DNA from: an uncultured Actinomycetes bacterium
GTDB lineage: Bacteria > Actinomycetota > Thermoleophilia > Gaiellales > Gaiellaceae
Length of the DNA: 64,000 nucleotides
Reading direction: 5' to 3'
NCBI GenBank assembly: GCA_963733855.1
Contig: CAVTEL010000011.1
Span: 31,691 to 95,690, forward strand
In this document: positions 12,903 to 23,117 of the stretch, in pieces
How the letters are laid out: each line of letters opens with the position of its first letter
How positions within the stretch are numbered: position 1 is the stretch's first letter
Made by a program: the position numbers and the translations under genes
The notes under the pieces: generated by a model
Database searches by the model: none
Seen by the model: only the letters and a program-made list of their open reading frames with translations
Told to the model about the DNA's origin: nothing

Positions 12903-15596
12903 GTGATTCCCTCTGGACAGGAGGTACGGGAGGCGGCGCTCCAAAGCCTCGCTGCGGCGGGCCAGGACCTCGTCGACACGGACGATCTGGACGCCGCCCT
13001 CGGAGTGCTGGCCGCGGCGGCGGCGTCGGGCGTCGGCGCCACGCTCGCCGTCATCCGCGTCGCCGAGCAGGGCGACGAGGATCTGCAGGCGCGCGGAGTC
13101 TGGGCGGCATCGCCGGCGCTCCGGGCCGAGCTCGAGGGCTCTCGCATCGCGGCCGGGACGATCGGCTCCGAGGAGCTGACCGACCGCGACGACTTCCCGA
13201 GGCGATCCGCCGGCTCGCGCGCCGTTGGGGCGCGTCGCGCGTGCTGATCTGCCCGGTCTGCTCGGAGGGACGACCGTTCGCGAGCCTCGAGCTGGCGCGC
13301 GCCGGCGATCCGTTCTCCGAGCAGGACATCCTGCTGGCCCGGGTGGTCGCAAGCCATGCCTCGCTTCTCATCCGTGCGGTCGATCCGGCCGGACGGGCAC
13401 TCGACGGTGACCGGACGGGACGCGATGCTCGAGCTCGCCGGCCGCGCGCTCGCCGTCGTGGCGGAGGAGTCCCGCAGCGGGGAGCGCATCGCCAGGCTCG
13501 CGCTCGAGGCGACGGGGGCGCGGTCCTGCATCCTCTGGCGCTCGAACGGCCGGCCGGAGCCTGTCGCGACGGCCGGTGCCGCCGAGGATCTGGACGACGC
13601 CGAAGCGGCGGTGCGCGACGCCGACGAGCAGCTTTCGGCGAACGGAAGTGTGACGCTCGGGGACGGCGTCGTCCTCGTTCGGCTGGGCGAGCCGCCGGTC
13701 GGCGGTCTCCGGCTCGTCTTCGAGCCGGGGGACGAGCCGGGCGACGAGGAGCTCTCCCGGCTCGCGACCTTCGGCGCCCGTGCGGCGCACGCGGTTCGCG
13801 TCGGCGAGCGGACGACCGACCTCGCGCAGGAGCTGGAGCGCAGCCGGGCGCTGCTCGCGGTCGTCGGTCAGGCGATCGCAGAGCTGTCGCTGTCGCACAC
13901 GCTCGAGACCGCGGTCGACCGCGTGGGCGAGCTGCTCGAGACCGACCGCGCGGCGGTCTATCTGCGCCAGGCGGGAGGGCTCGAGACGGCGGTCGAGCGC
14001 GGGCTCGCGGGGCCGCACGTCCGTGTCGCCGAAGGGCTACTCGACCTGATCCTCGGCGGTCTGCGGGCGAGGCCCGTAGTCGAGGTGCAGGACGCGACGT
14101 CCGACCCGCGGCTCGGGTCGGTGCGGGACGCCGTCACCGAGTCGGGCATCGAGGCGGCCGTCGTCGTTCCGCTGCGTGCCGCCGGCGAGCTGATCGGGCT
14201 GCTCGTCGCCTACCTCCCGGCGACGCGGCGGCTCGCCGAGGGGGAGTCCACGCTGCTCGCGGCGCTCGCCGGACAGCTCGCCGTCGCGGTCCAGAACGCC
14301 GAACTGCACGAGGACACCGCGCGCCTTGCGCGCGAGCGGCAGGAGGCGCTCGACGCGGAGCTCCTTGCAGCCAAGCGCCTGGAGGCGTTCTACGAGATCT
14401 CGCGCTCGTTCTCCGAGAGCCTCTCGCTGGAGGAGACCGTCGGTGCGATTGCCCGCACGGCGGTCGAGCTTCTCGGCGTGGACGCTGCCGTCCTGCGCAT
14501 GCCGGACGCTCGCGGCGACTCGCTCGTCGCGCGGGCCGTCCACGTCCCGGATGTGCGCCTCGGCGTCGCGCTCGATCCGATTCTCCGCCGCCCGCAGCCG
14601 CTCGACCGGATCGCGGCGGCGACACCTGTGGCTCTCACCACCGGTCAGGCCGCGCGGCTCGGCGGCGGCCACGAGCTGCTGGTCCCGTTCCTCGAGCGCG
14701 GCTCGACGGCCTCGTTCGTCCCGATCGTCTCGGCGGGAGAGGTGATGGCTGCGCTCACTCTCATCTCGCTCGACCCGGCGCGGCCCATCGACCGCGAGCT
14801 GCTCGAGACGGCGGGGTCGCTCGCCGCCCAGGCGTCGCTCGCGATCGGGAACGCCCGTCTCTACGAGCAACAGGCCCACTTCGCGGACGCGATGCAGCGG
14901 TCGCTCCTGCCGGACGAGCCGCCCGACCTCCCCGGCGTCGAGATCGGCAGCGTCTACGAGTCCTCGGCGCGGCTGGACGTCGGGGGCGACGTGTTCGACT
15001 ACACGGTGCTGCCCGACGGCCGCCTCGCGGTCGTGGTCGGCGACGTGACCGGCAAGGGGATCGACGCGGCCGCCGACATGGCGATGACGAAGTTCGTCTT
15101 CCGGTCGCTCGCGCGCGAGCATCCAGAGCCGTCGGAGCTGATGCGGATCGCGAACCAGGTCGTCCTCGACGAGGTGGAGGAGGGCAAGTTCGTGACGATG
15201 ATCTACCTGACCCTCGATCCCACCACGGGCGAGCTCGCCTGTGCGGGAGCGGGTCATCCTGAGCCCCGCCTCGTACGGCCGGACGGCTCCGTCGAGGAGC
15301 TGGAGGCGCGCGGGCTCGCGCTCGGGATCGCGCCGGACCAGCAGTACCCCGAGTCGAGAGCAACGTTGGAGCCCGGGGCGTCCGTCGTCCTCTACACGGA
15401 CGGGGTGGTCGAGTCCCGCGTCGGCGGCGAGCTGTACGGAAAGTCGAGGCTCGACCGGCTGCTCGCCGACAAGCGCGACCTGCTGGCGCAGCAGCTCGCA
15501 CGCGCCGTCGTCGAGGACTCCCGGGCGTTCGCAGGCGGCGGGCTCGCGGACGACTCGGCCGTGGTCGTCGTCAAGCGAACGCCAGCTTCAGGTTGA
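12903..15596 (+). CDS. multi-GAF domain PP2C (SpoIIE-type) serine phosphatase, two apparent frameshifts near the 5' end
   Basis: ORF 13356..15596 has GAF repeats plus a PP2C core (DVGGDVFDY, VVVGDVTGKG, CAGAGHP, LYTDGV). A further N-terminal GAF-like region reads through two other frames from GTG 12903. Joins near 13200 and 13420. Confidence 0.85.
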
Positions 15597-15597
15597 T

Positions 15598-15621
15598 GGG
15601 GACAGGATCAATCCTGTCCCC
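15598..15621. other. perfect palindrome GGGGACAGGAT-CA-ATCCTGTCCCC
   Basis: 11-bp arms between the phosphatase stop (15596) and ATG 15622. No U-tract follows. Confidence 0.6.
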
Positions 15622-17150
15622 ATGAGGCTAGGTCGGCCCTCATTCCAGGCGACGCTGACCGGCGTCGTCTTCGCCGCCGGCGTCGGGACGCTGGCGACGG
15701 AGATCGCCGCGTCGCGCCTCCTCGCCCCGTACTTCGGGAACTCCACGATCGTCTGGGCGAACGTGATCGGGCTGACGCTGGCCTCGCTCTCGGTCGGCTA
15801 CTGGCTCGGGGGCCGGCTCGCGGACCGATACCCGAGTCCACGGGCCCTCGGCCTCGTCGTCTCGGCCGCGGCCTGTCTCGTCGCGGTCGCGACGCTCCTG
15901 GCCCGCCCGATCCTCGACCTTTCGGTGGAAGGCCTCGACCGGGTCTCCGCCGGCGCGGCGATCGGCTCGTTCTTCGGCGTCCTCATCCTGTTCGTCCCGC
16001 CGGTGACGCTGATGGGGATGGTGGCGCCGTTCGCGATCCGGCTCGCGATCCAGGACGTCGAGAGCGTCGGGACCGTCGCCGGGCGCCTTTACGCAGTCTC
16101 GACGATCGGCAGCCTGCTCGGCACGTTCCTCGCCGCGCTCGTCGCCATCCCGGCGATCGGGACGCAGCGCACGCTGCTCGCGGCTGCGGCGCTGATCGGT
16201 GCGAGCGGCGCCGTGCTGCTCGGGCGCCGCTGGCTCCTGCTGGCGGCGGCCTCGCGGCGCTGCTGCTCATCCCGCCCGGCGCCGTGAAGGGCCAGAGCGG
16301 CGTGATCTTCGAGGACGAGTCGCGCTACCAGTTCATCCAGGTCGTGGAGGAGGACGGCGTGCGCCGCCTCTACCTCGACGAAGGGCTGGCGACGCACTCG
16401 GTGTGGCGGCGGGACGAGGTGCTCACCGGAGGGGTATGGGACACGTACGTCGCCGTCGTCGACCTGCTCGGGCGGCAGCCGGAGCGGGTGGCGATGCTCG
16501 GGAACGCCGCCGGCACAGCCGCGCGGGCATACGCTCGCTACTTCCCGATGGTGCAGATCGACGGTGTGGAGCTCGATCCGGCGGTCAGCGAGGCCGGACG
16601 GAAGTACTTCGAGATGGGGGAGACCAGTGGGCTGGCCGTCCACGACGCGGATGCCCGGGCCTACCTGCGCCGGACGGACGAGCGCTACGACGTGATCATC
16701 GTCGACGCGTACCGCCCGCCCTACGTCCCGTTCTACCTGGCAACGGAGGAGTTCTTCGAGCTCGTACGGGACCGGCTCAGGCCGGGCGGGATCGTCGCGC
16801 TCAACGTGGCGACGACGCCCGACAACCACGACCTTGCGAGGAACATCGGCGGGACGCTCGCGTCCGTGCTGCCGAGGGCGTACGCCTGGCAGCCGCTCGA
16901 GTTCAACCAGATCGTCATCGGCCAGAACGGTGAGCCGACCGGCAGCGTGCGCGTAGCGCCCCCCGATGTCGCGCCCCTCGTCCGGGATCTCCGCGCCACC
17001 ATGCGCCCGATTCCGCCGTCCGACGACCCGTGGACCGACGACCGCGCGCCCGTCGAGTGGATCACCGACCGGATGATCGTCGAGTTCGCCGCGCAGGGCG
17101 GGCGGTTCGAGGAAGACCCGCTCCCGACCGCTGCCGACGGCGAGAGTTAG
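15622..17150 (+). CDS. fused membrane domain / spermidine synthase-like protein, one apparent frameshift
   Basis: N-terminal polytopic region (ORF 15241..16287 from ATG 15622) joined near 16245 to a SpeE-like methyltransferase fold (ORF 16284..17150; GNAAGTAARAY, DVIIVDAY, GGIVALN). Confidence 0.8.
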
Positions 17151-17176
17151 CAGGGCTTTTCTCTACACTGGCGCCG

Positions 17177-18233
17177 ATGAGGCGTGGGGTCTCGATCATC
17201 CTTGGTGTGCTCGCGTGCGCGGCCGCGGGCCTGCTCGCCGCTGCCGTCGTGGCGGCGCCGGGCCTCTCGCAGCTTCCGATCACGACCGGGCACGACGACC
17301 GGTCGCCACAACCACCGCGCCGACGACGACCGACCGACCACGACGCAGGCGCCTCAGGCCGACCTGATCCCGGACGGTGTCTTCGTCGGTCGGGTCGAGG
17401 TGGGCGGGCTGACGCCCGCCGGTGCGACCGCACTCGTCCAGGCGGAGTTCGACGAACCGCTCACGCTCGTGTTCGGCCGCAAGAGGATCCTCGTCACGCC
17501 GCAGCGGCTCGGCGCGACTGCGCGCGTGAAGCTCGCGATCGACCAGGCCCGCCGCGCGGCGCCGGGAACCAGGCTCCCGCTCTTCGTCACGCTGCGGCGC
17601 GGCGGCGTCGCGAAGTACGTGAAGGCGCTCGGGAAGCGCTTCGACAGGGGCGGGAAGAACGCCGAGCTCGTCGGCCTGCGCGGCAGCCGGCCGTGGATCA
17701 CCAAGGAGCAGACCGGGCGGGTCCTGAAGCAGCGCCCGGCGGTGCGGGAGATCGTCGCCAACCTTCGATCCCACCGGCGCTCTCCGCTGCGCGTCCGCGC
17801 CGAACGAGTCGAGCCGAGCGTGACGCGCGCCCGCTTCGGTCCGATCATCGTCATCCGGCGCGAGTCGAAGGTGCTCAACCTCTTTCGCGGGATGCGCCTC
17901 TGGAAGCGGCTCGGCGTCGCGACAGGCCAGTCGTCCTACCCGACGCCGCTCGGCAATTACTCGATCGTCACGATGCAGCGGCATCCCTGGTGGTATCCGC
18001 CGGACTCGGACTGGGCCAAGAACGAGAAGCCGGTCCCGCCCGGGCCGGGGAACCCGCTGGGGACGCGATGGATGGGCATCAGCGCGCCGGGCGTCGGCAT
18101 CCACGGGACGCCGGACCCGGCCTCGATCGGTTACTCCGCGTCCCACGGGTGCGTGCGCATGCGGATCCCCGAGGCGGAGTGGCTGTTCAGCCGCGTCCGG
18201 GTCGGGACGCCGGTCTTCATCGTCCGCGCGTAG
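17177..18233 (+). CDS. L,D-transpeptidase (YkuD domain), one apparent frameshift
   Basis: Signal/anchor MRRGVSIILGVLACAAAGLLAAAVV in one frame, the rest in ORF 17184..18233. Catalytic SHGCVRM. Join somewhere in 17280-17340. Confidence 0.85.
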
Positions 18234-18245
18234 GCTCTGTAGGTC

Positions 18246-18807
18246 ATGAGCGGCCGTCTGAAGCTCGCGGCCCAGGGTCTCTCCGTCGCGCTCGTCGCCG
18301 GGCTCTTCGCGCTACTCGTCTGGAAGGTCGCGACGCAGGAGGAGGGCGCGGCGCGCAAGCTCGGACGCGGCGAGATCGTCAGCGCGCCCAACTTCCGCCT
18401 CGATCGGCTCGACGGGCAGGGGAAGATCTCGCTCGCCGAGTACCGCGGCCGCCCCGTCGTCGTCAACTTCTGGGGCTCGTGGTGCGACCCGTGCAAGGAG
18501 GAGGCGCCCGTGCTCGAGGAGACCTGGCGGCGGTACAAGGATCGCGGCCTGGTCGTGCTCGGGGTCGACTTCCACGACCTCAAGGGCGCAGCGACGACGG
18601 TTCGCGCGCGAGAACGACATGAGCTATCCACTCGCCTACGACGGGCCGGGGAACACGATCTCCGACTACGGCGTCGAGGCTGCGCCGGAGACGTTCTTCG
18701 TCTCGCCCGACGGGAAGCTGGTCTGCGAGCGGCTGCTCGGCGGCGTCCACATCGAGCGGAACCGCCTCCGCTACGACGACTGCGTCCGGGAGCTGCTCGC
18801 CGCGTGA
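18246..18807 (+). CDS. TlpA/ResA-type thiol-disulfide oxidoreductase, one apparent frameshift
   Basis: TM anchor and thioredoxin motif NFWGSWCDPCKEE. The C-terminal half lies in ORF 18619..18807. Join near 18585-18600. Confidence 0.85.
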
Positions 18808-18812
18808 GCAAG

Positions 18813-18909
18813 CTAGTAACAGAGTGTCACTTGCCCTCCGCGGCCGCCGCTCCGGCTGTCCGAGAGCCGTTGCGCCGCTCGAGAAGCCTTGTAACACAGT
18901 GTTACTTGG
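18813..18909. repeat. paired-palindrome repeat element, copy A
   Basis: GTAACAGAGTGTCAC (18816-18830) and GTAACACAGTGTTAC (18891-18905) flank a GC-rich spacer. The 22-mer CTTGTAACACAGTGTTACTTGG is identical to 63163-63184. Confidence 0.75.
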
Positions 18910-19358
18910 TCGTGCTGGCGGTCGTCGTGCTCGCGCTGGGTATGCCGGCCGCGGCGAACGCTGCCTGTCCGACGCTCGCAGATCTCGAGGGGGAGGTGAT
19001 GTGCCCGCAGTGCAAGACGACGCTCGACCAGTCCGACGCGCCGGTCGCCCGGGACATCAAGCAGTTCATCCAGGCGCGGGCCGAGGCGTGCGTGCCCGAG
19101 GGGCAGATCAAGGACGAGCTGGTCGCGCAGTTCGGGCCCGCGGTCCTGGCCGCGCCTCCGCGCGAGGGCTTCCACTGGTTGGCCTGGCTGCTGCCGCTTG
19201 CCGGGCTGCTCGCGGGCGCCGTCGTGGTCTCGATCCTGGTCTGGCGCTGGAGCCGGCGCCGGCCGGTCGCGCAGCCGGTCGCGCCGCCCAACGGCCGGCC
19301 GCTGGATCCCGAGCTCGAGCGGAGGCTCGACCGGGAGCTCGCCCGCTTCGATGGCTGA
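18870..19358 (+). CDS. ccmH: cytochrome c-type biogenesis protein CcmH/NrfF-like
   Basis: Signal-like N-terminus, heme-handling CPQC motif (VMCPQCKTTLDQSDAPVA), C-terminal TM helix. Start uncertain (TTG 18870, TTG 18906 or GTG 18912) and lies inside or next to the repeat element. Confidence 0.75.
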   Translation: MRRSRSLVTQCYLVVLAVVVLALGMPAAANAACPTLADLEGEVMCPQCKTTLDQSDAPVARDIKQFIQARAEACVPEGQIKDELVAQFGPAVLAAPPREGFHWLAWLLPLAGLLAGAVVVSILVWRWSRRRPVAQPVAPPNGRPLDPELERRLDRELARFDG

Positions 19359-20062
19359 GGCCCTTCCGCTCGCGTTCTTCGCCGGTGTGCTGTCGATCAT
19401 CACGCCCTGCGTCCTGCCGCTCGTGCCCGGCTACCTGTCGGCGGTCTCGGCGGTGGAGGCGGACCGGCTCGGCGAGGCCGGAGTGGGGAGGCGGGTGGCG
19501 CGCTCGAGCATCCCCTTCATCCTCGGCTTCACGACGGTCTTCGTCGTCCTCGGTGCGGGAGCGGCGGCGCTCGGCGGCGTTCCTCGACGCGAATCGACGG
19601 GCTGAGCTCGCTGGTCTCGTGCTCGTCATCCTCGGGCTCGCGTTTCTGGGTCTGCTGCCCTGGCCCGAGCGGCTCGTCGCGCCGGGGCTCCTGACAGGCG
19701 CGCGGAGGCGCGGTTCGGGCGTCCTCCTCGGCGCCGCTTTCGCGGTGTGCGCGGCGCCGTGCATCGGCACCGTGCTCGCGTCGGTGCTGGTGCTGGCCGG
19801 GAGCGCGGAGGAGATCCTGGAGGGCTCCGCGATCCTCGCCGCGTACTCGGCGGGCCTCGCGCTCGCCTTCGTGCTGGCGGCGATCGCGTTCGTGCGCGCG
19901 ATGGGCGCGTTCCGCTGGCTGCGCGACCATTACACGGTGATCCGCGTCGTCAGCGGCTCGGTGCTCGTCCTCATCGGGCTGGCGTTCTTCTTCCATCGCG
20001 ACGGGTGGATCCGGGTCGGGTTCGACCGGGTGCTCGACTGTCGTCGGGCTAGGCAGCTCTAG
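19351..20062 (+). CDS. ccdA: cytochrome c biogenesis thiol-disulfide transporter CcdA/DsbD family, one apparent frameshift
   Basis: ITPCVLPLVPGY and AAPCIG Cys motifs; polytopic. ORF 19198..19605 from ATG 19351 joins the frame of ORF 18824..20062 near 19570. Confidence 0.85.
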
Positions 20063-20391
20063 CGGCTCTCGGCAGCTCGAGCGAGCCGGAGCTCGACGAC
20101 GCGCTGCGCGCAGCGCCGACACGACGCAGAGGACGGCGGCGACATCGACGCCGCGATGCTCCGGCGCGAACGGGCTCGAGCGCGCCGCGCCGCCTTCGCG
20201 AGCTGCCGCTCGCAGCCCGGCCGGTTCCCCCGGCCGGCGTGGTGCCAGGCGACCGCGACGTGGACGAGGCCCTGGAAGAAGTCCTTCTCCGCCGGCTCGG
20301 CCGCACGCCACGCCTCCTCGAGCTCCTCGTGCGCCTCGAAGTACTCGCCGCGCCGGATCAGATCGAGACCGTTTCGCAACCACTCGTCCAC
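20059..20391 (-). CDS. DUF309 domain protein
   Basis: GEYFEAHEELEEAW...FFQGLVHVAVAWHH motif. GTG 20391 chosen as start. The C-terminal ~50 aa may contain a frame error. Confidence 0.6.
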   Translation of the reverse strand: MDEWLRNGLDLIRRGEYFEAHEELEEAWRAAEPAEKDFFQGLVHVAVAWHHAGRGNRPGCERQLAKAARRARARSRRSIAASMSPPSSASCRRCAQRVVELRLARAAESR

Positions 20392-20418
20392 AAACGGGAG
20401 TGTTACGCTCGGCGGGTC

Positions 20419-20724
20419 GTGGCGACGATCCTGCTCGAAGGCGTCGACCTCTTCATCCGCGGCAAGCTCGAGGCGCTTCTCGAGGGCCACCACCTCGTCA
20501 CGAACGACTCGGTCGATCCGCCGGATCTGGTGATCGCGGACATCGGGCGAACCGATCCGGACGAGGTCGCGGACGCCTATCCCGACGTCCCGATCCTCGG
20601 CTTCTCGAACCACAAGGACACCGCGGGCCTGCGCCGGGCGCACGAGGCGGGCTTCGACCAGGTCGTCGCGAAGTCGGCGCTGACGGAGCGCGCGCCTGAG
20701 CTCGTCGAGCAGCTGACCACGTAG
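20419..20724 (+). CDS. receiver-like (CheY-fold) small protein lacking the N-terminal acidic pair
   Basis: C-terminal part of ORF 20239..20724 from GTG 20419. DLVIADI, PILGFSNH and VVAKS resemble receiver landmarks. Confidence 0.5.
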   Translation: MATILLEGVDLFIRGKLEALLEGHHLVTNDSVDPPDLVIADIGRTDPDEVADAYPDVPILGFSNHKDTAGLRRAHEAGFDQVVAKSALTERAPELVEQLTT

Positions 20725-20737
20725 TTAGGCTCCAGGC

Positions 20738-21984
20738 GTGACGTACATCATCGCCGAGCCCTGCATCGACATCAAAGACCTCTCCTGCGTGGACGTGTGC
20801 CCGGTCGACTGCATCCACGAGTTCGAGCGGATCCTGATCATCGACCCCGAGGAGTGCATCGACTGCTTCGCCCCGACGGAGCGGTTCGTGACCTCGAAGG
20901 GCATCCGGACCTTCGCCGAGCTCGAGAACGAAGCCGTGCGAGTCCTGACCGACGACGGCTTCAAGCCCGCGCTCGTGAAGCGGTTTCGCCGGAAGCCGCT
21001 CGTGAAGCTCGAGCTGGCGCCGGCGTTCGAGGAGCGCGACCGCTACGGCGGGACGCGGCTGACGACCCGCAACATCTCGAGGTTCCGCCGGACGATCTGG
21101 GCGACGCCGACGCATTCGTGGCTCCTCGCGGACGGCGAGCGAACCGATTCGCTCGAGGCAGGCCAGTTCGTTCCGTCGATGCGCGCTCAGCCCCGTCGCG
21201 AGGGCGAGACCTATCGCCTCGGCGTCCTCCACGGGCTCGTGTTCGGCGACGGAAGCTGGAACAAGCAGGAGATCCGTTCGAGCGAGCACCTCCACTACGT
21301 CCAGCTCTACGGCGAGCGCGTGGCGAAGTTCCGCGACTTCTTCGACCAGGTCAACTTCTCGCCGTGCCTCGACGTGCATCCCGGATACGTCGGAACCGGC
21401 GTCGTGCGCTCTTCGGCGAATCTCAAGCGACTCTTGCCCGAGACGGCCGACACCGAGTACATCACCGGCTTCGTCGACGGCTGGATCGCCGCGGACGGCG
21501 ATCCCGTCAAGGCCGGATCCTGGCGCCTCCGCTCGACCGACCACGAGGCGCTTGCCTGGCTCGAGCAGGCAGCGGTGATCGCCGGATACGTCGCGGTCGG
21601 CTCCGGCGAAGAAGCAAGCCGCGAGACGAATTTCGGCGTCCGCAGCCGCCCCATCCGCTGGCTCTACCTCGCGACCCGGAGGTCTCCTGGCGGGTGATGA
21701 ACGTGGAGGAGAACGAGGCTGACGCAGAGGACACCTACTGCGCCGTCGTTCCCGGAAAGCACGCGTTCACGCTTGCCGGCGGCGTCTACACCAAGAATTG
21801 CGGTGCGTGCGAACCGGAGTGCCCGGTCGAGGCGATCTTCCCCGAGGATGCGCTCCCCGATAAGTGGGAGCCGTTCGTCAAGATCAACTACGCCTACGGC
21901 GAAGGCGCCGACGTGGTCAACAACCTCACCAACGAGTACGCCACCGAGCACAACGTGCAGAACCCTCCGCTCGACGAGCGTTAG
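20738..21984 (+). CDS. fdxA: 7Fe ferredoxin FdxA interrupted by an intein
   Basis: N-extein MTYIIAEPCIDIKDLSCVDVCPVDCIHEFERILIIDPEECID and C-extein CGACEPECPVEAIFPEDALPDKWEPF.. together form a colinear FdxA. One frame break lies inside the insert near 21670. Confidence 0.85.
20864..21798 (+). mobile_element. class-1 intein with LAGLIDADG homing endonuclease domain
   Basis: Cys1/block A CFAPTERFVTSKGIRTFAEL; block B ATPTHSWLL; LAGLIDADG motifs LGVLHGLVFGDGSW and GFVDGWIAADGD; block F DTYCAVVPGKHAFTL; block G GGVYTKN followed by Cys+1. Confidence 0.8.
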
Positions 21985-22032
21985 CGGTTCCACCAACCGG
22001 GTACGGACCATCCGTTCCGAAAGGAGGGTCAC

Positions 22033-22368
22033 ATGCCACAGGAAGCGTGGAGCAACAAGCGCGAACGGCAGTACGAGCACATCAAGGAGAGCGCCAAGGA
22101 CAGCGGCGCCTCGACGAAGCGTGCCAAGGAGATCGCGGCCCGCACGGTCAACAAGGAGCGGGCCCGGTCGGGCGAGGCTCGGACGTCGTCGAGAACGTCT
22201 CGGCAGGACATGTCGTCAAGCCGCCGCGGCGGTCAGCGCTCCGGAACGAACCGTCCGAAGGGCCGCACGAAGGAGCAGCTCTACAACGAGGCCAAGCGGA
22301 TGGGCATCGACGGCCGCTCGAAGATGAACAAGCAGCAGCTGCAGCGCGCGGTCGATCGCAGGAAGTAA
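22033..22368 (+). CDS. Rho termination factor N-terminal (Rho_N) domain small basic protein
   Basis: Strong SD AAAGGAGGG 6 nt upstream. C-terminal KEQLYNEAKRMGIDGRSKMNKQQLQRAV matches the Rho_N/SAP-like motif. Confidence 0.6.
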   Translation: MPQEAWSNKRERQYEHIKESAKDSGASTKRAKEIAARTVNKERARSGEARTSSRTSRQDMSSSRRGGQRSGTNRPKGRTKEQLYNEAKRMGIDGRSKMNKQQLQRAVDRRK

Positions 22369-22413
22369 TCGCCTTCCGTCGGTTGCACGGCGCTGGCTAT
22401 ATTGCGCGGCGCC

Positions 22414-23113
22414 GTGCGACCGAAGACCCTCGATCACGTCGCGTACTGGCTCGCCGACCGGGACCGCATCGCCGACTTCGTCACGACGCACCTCGGCATG
22501 CACGTCATCGAGCGAACCGACCGCTTCACGCTCGTCGGCTCCGACGCGCGCAAGGGGAAGCTGACGCTCTTCGATGCGGAGGCGCCGCGCGAGCGCGGCG
22601 CGCTCAAGCATGTCGCCCTTCGCGTGAACGACCTGGACGCCGCGCTCACCGAGCTGCCCGACAGCGTCGTCGTCGAGCGGACGAACGGCGCGGCGCTCTT
22701 CGACCTCGGCGACGGGGTGAACCTCGGCCTCGTCGAGGCGCCGACCGAGACGGAGTACGACCTCGATCACGTCGCGCTCTTCTCGGCCGATCCCGAGGCG
22801 ACCGCGCAGCGATACCGCGACTACGGCTTCGAGTCCGCCGAGCGCGGCTCGGGCGGCGCAGCCTCGCGTGCAGGTCGCAGGGGCCTACGTCGAGTTCCAC
22901 CAGGGCGAGCCGGGCGACCCCGAGTCGCCGCTGCTGAACCACCTCGCGGTGCTCGTCGACTCCGCGGAGGATCACCGGGCGGAGGCCGAGGAGAGCGGCA
23001 TCGAGGTGCAGGACTTCGTGGACGCCCCGAACACGCTCGCGGTGTTCGTCTGGCTCCCGGAGCGCGTCCGGCTCGAGTACGTCGAGCACAAGCCGACGTT
23101 CGCGCTCCAATAG
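22414..23113 (+). CDS. VOC (glyoxalase/dioxygenase) family protein, one apparent frameshift
   Basis: Two VOC half-domains (LDHVAYW.., LKHVALRV.., LDHVALF.., LNHLAVLV). ORF 22402.. joins ORF 22868..23113 near 22850. TATATT hexamer at 22398-22403. Confidence 0.7.
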
Positions 23114-23117
23114 CCCT

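Noticed and set aside
20401-20407. Half-site GTGTTAC of the repeat-element palindrome between the DUF309 gene and the receiver-like gene.
   Set aside because: Only a 7-mer with no partner arm, which is compatible with chance.
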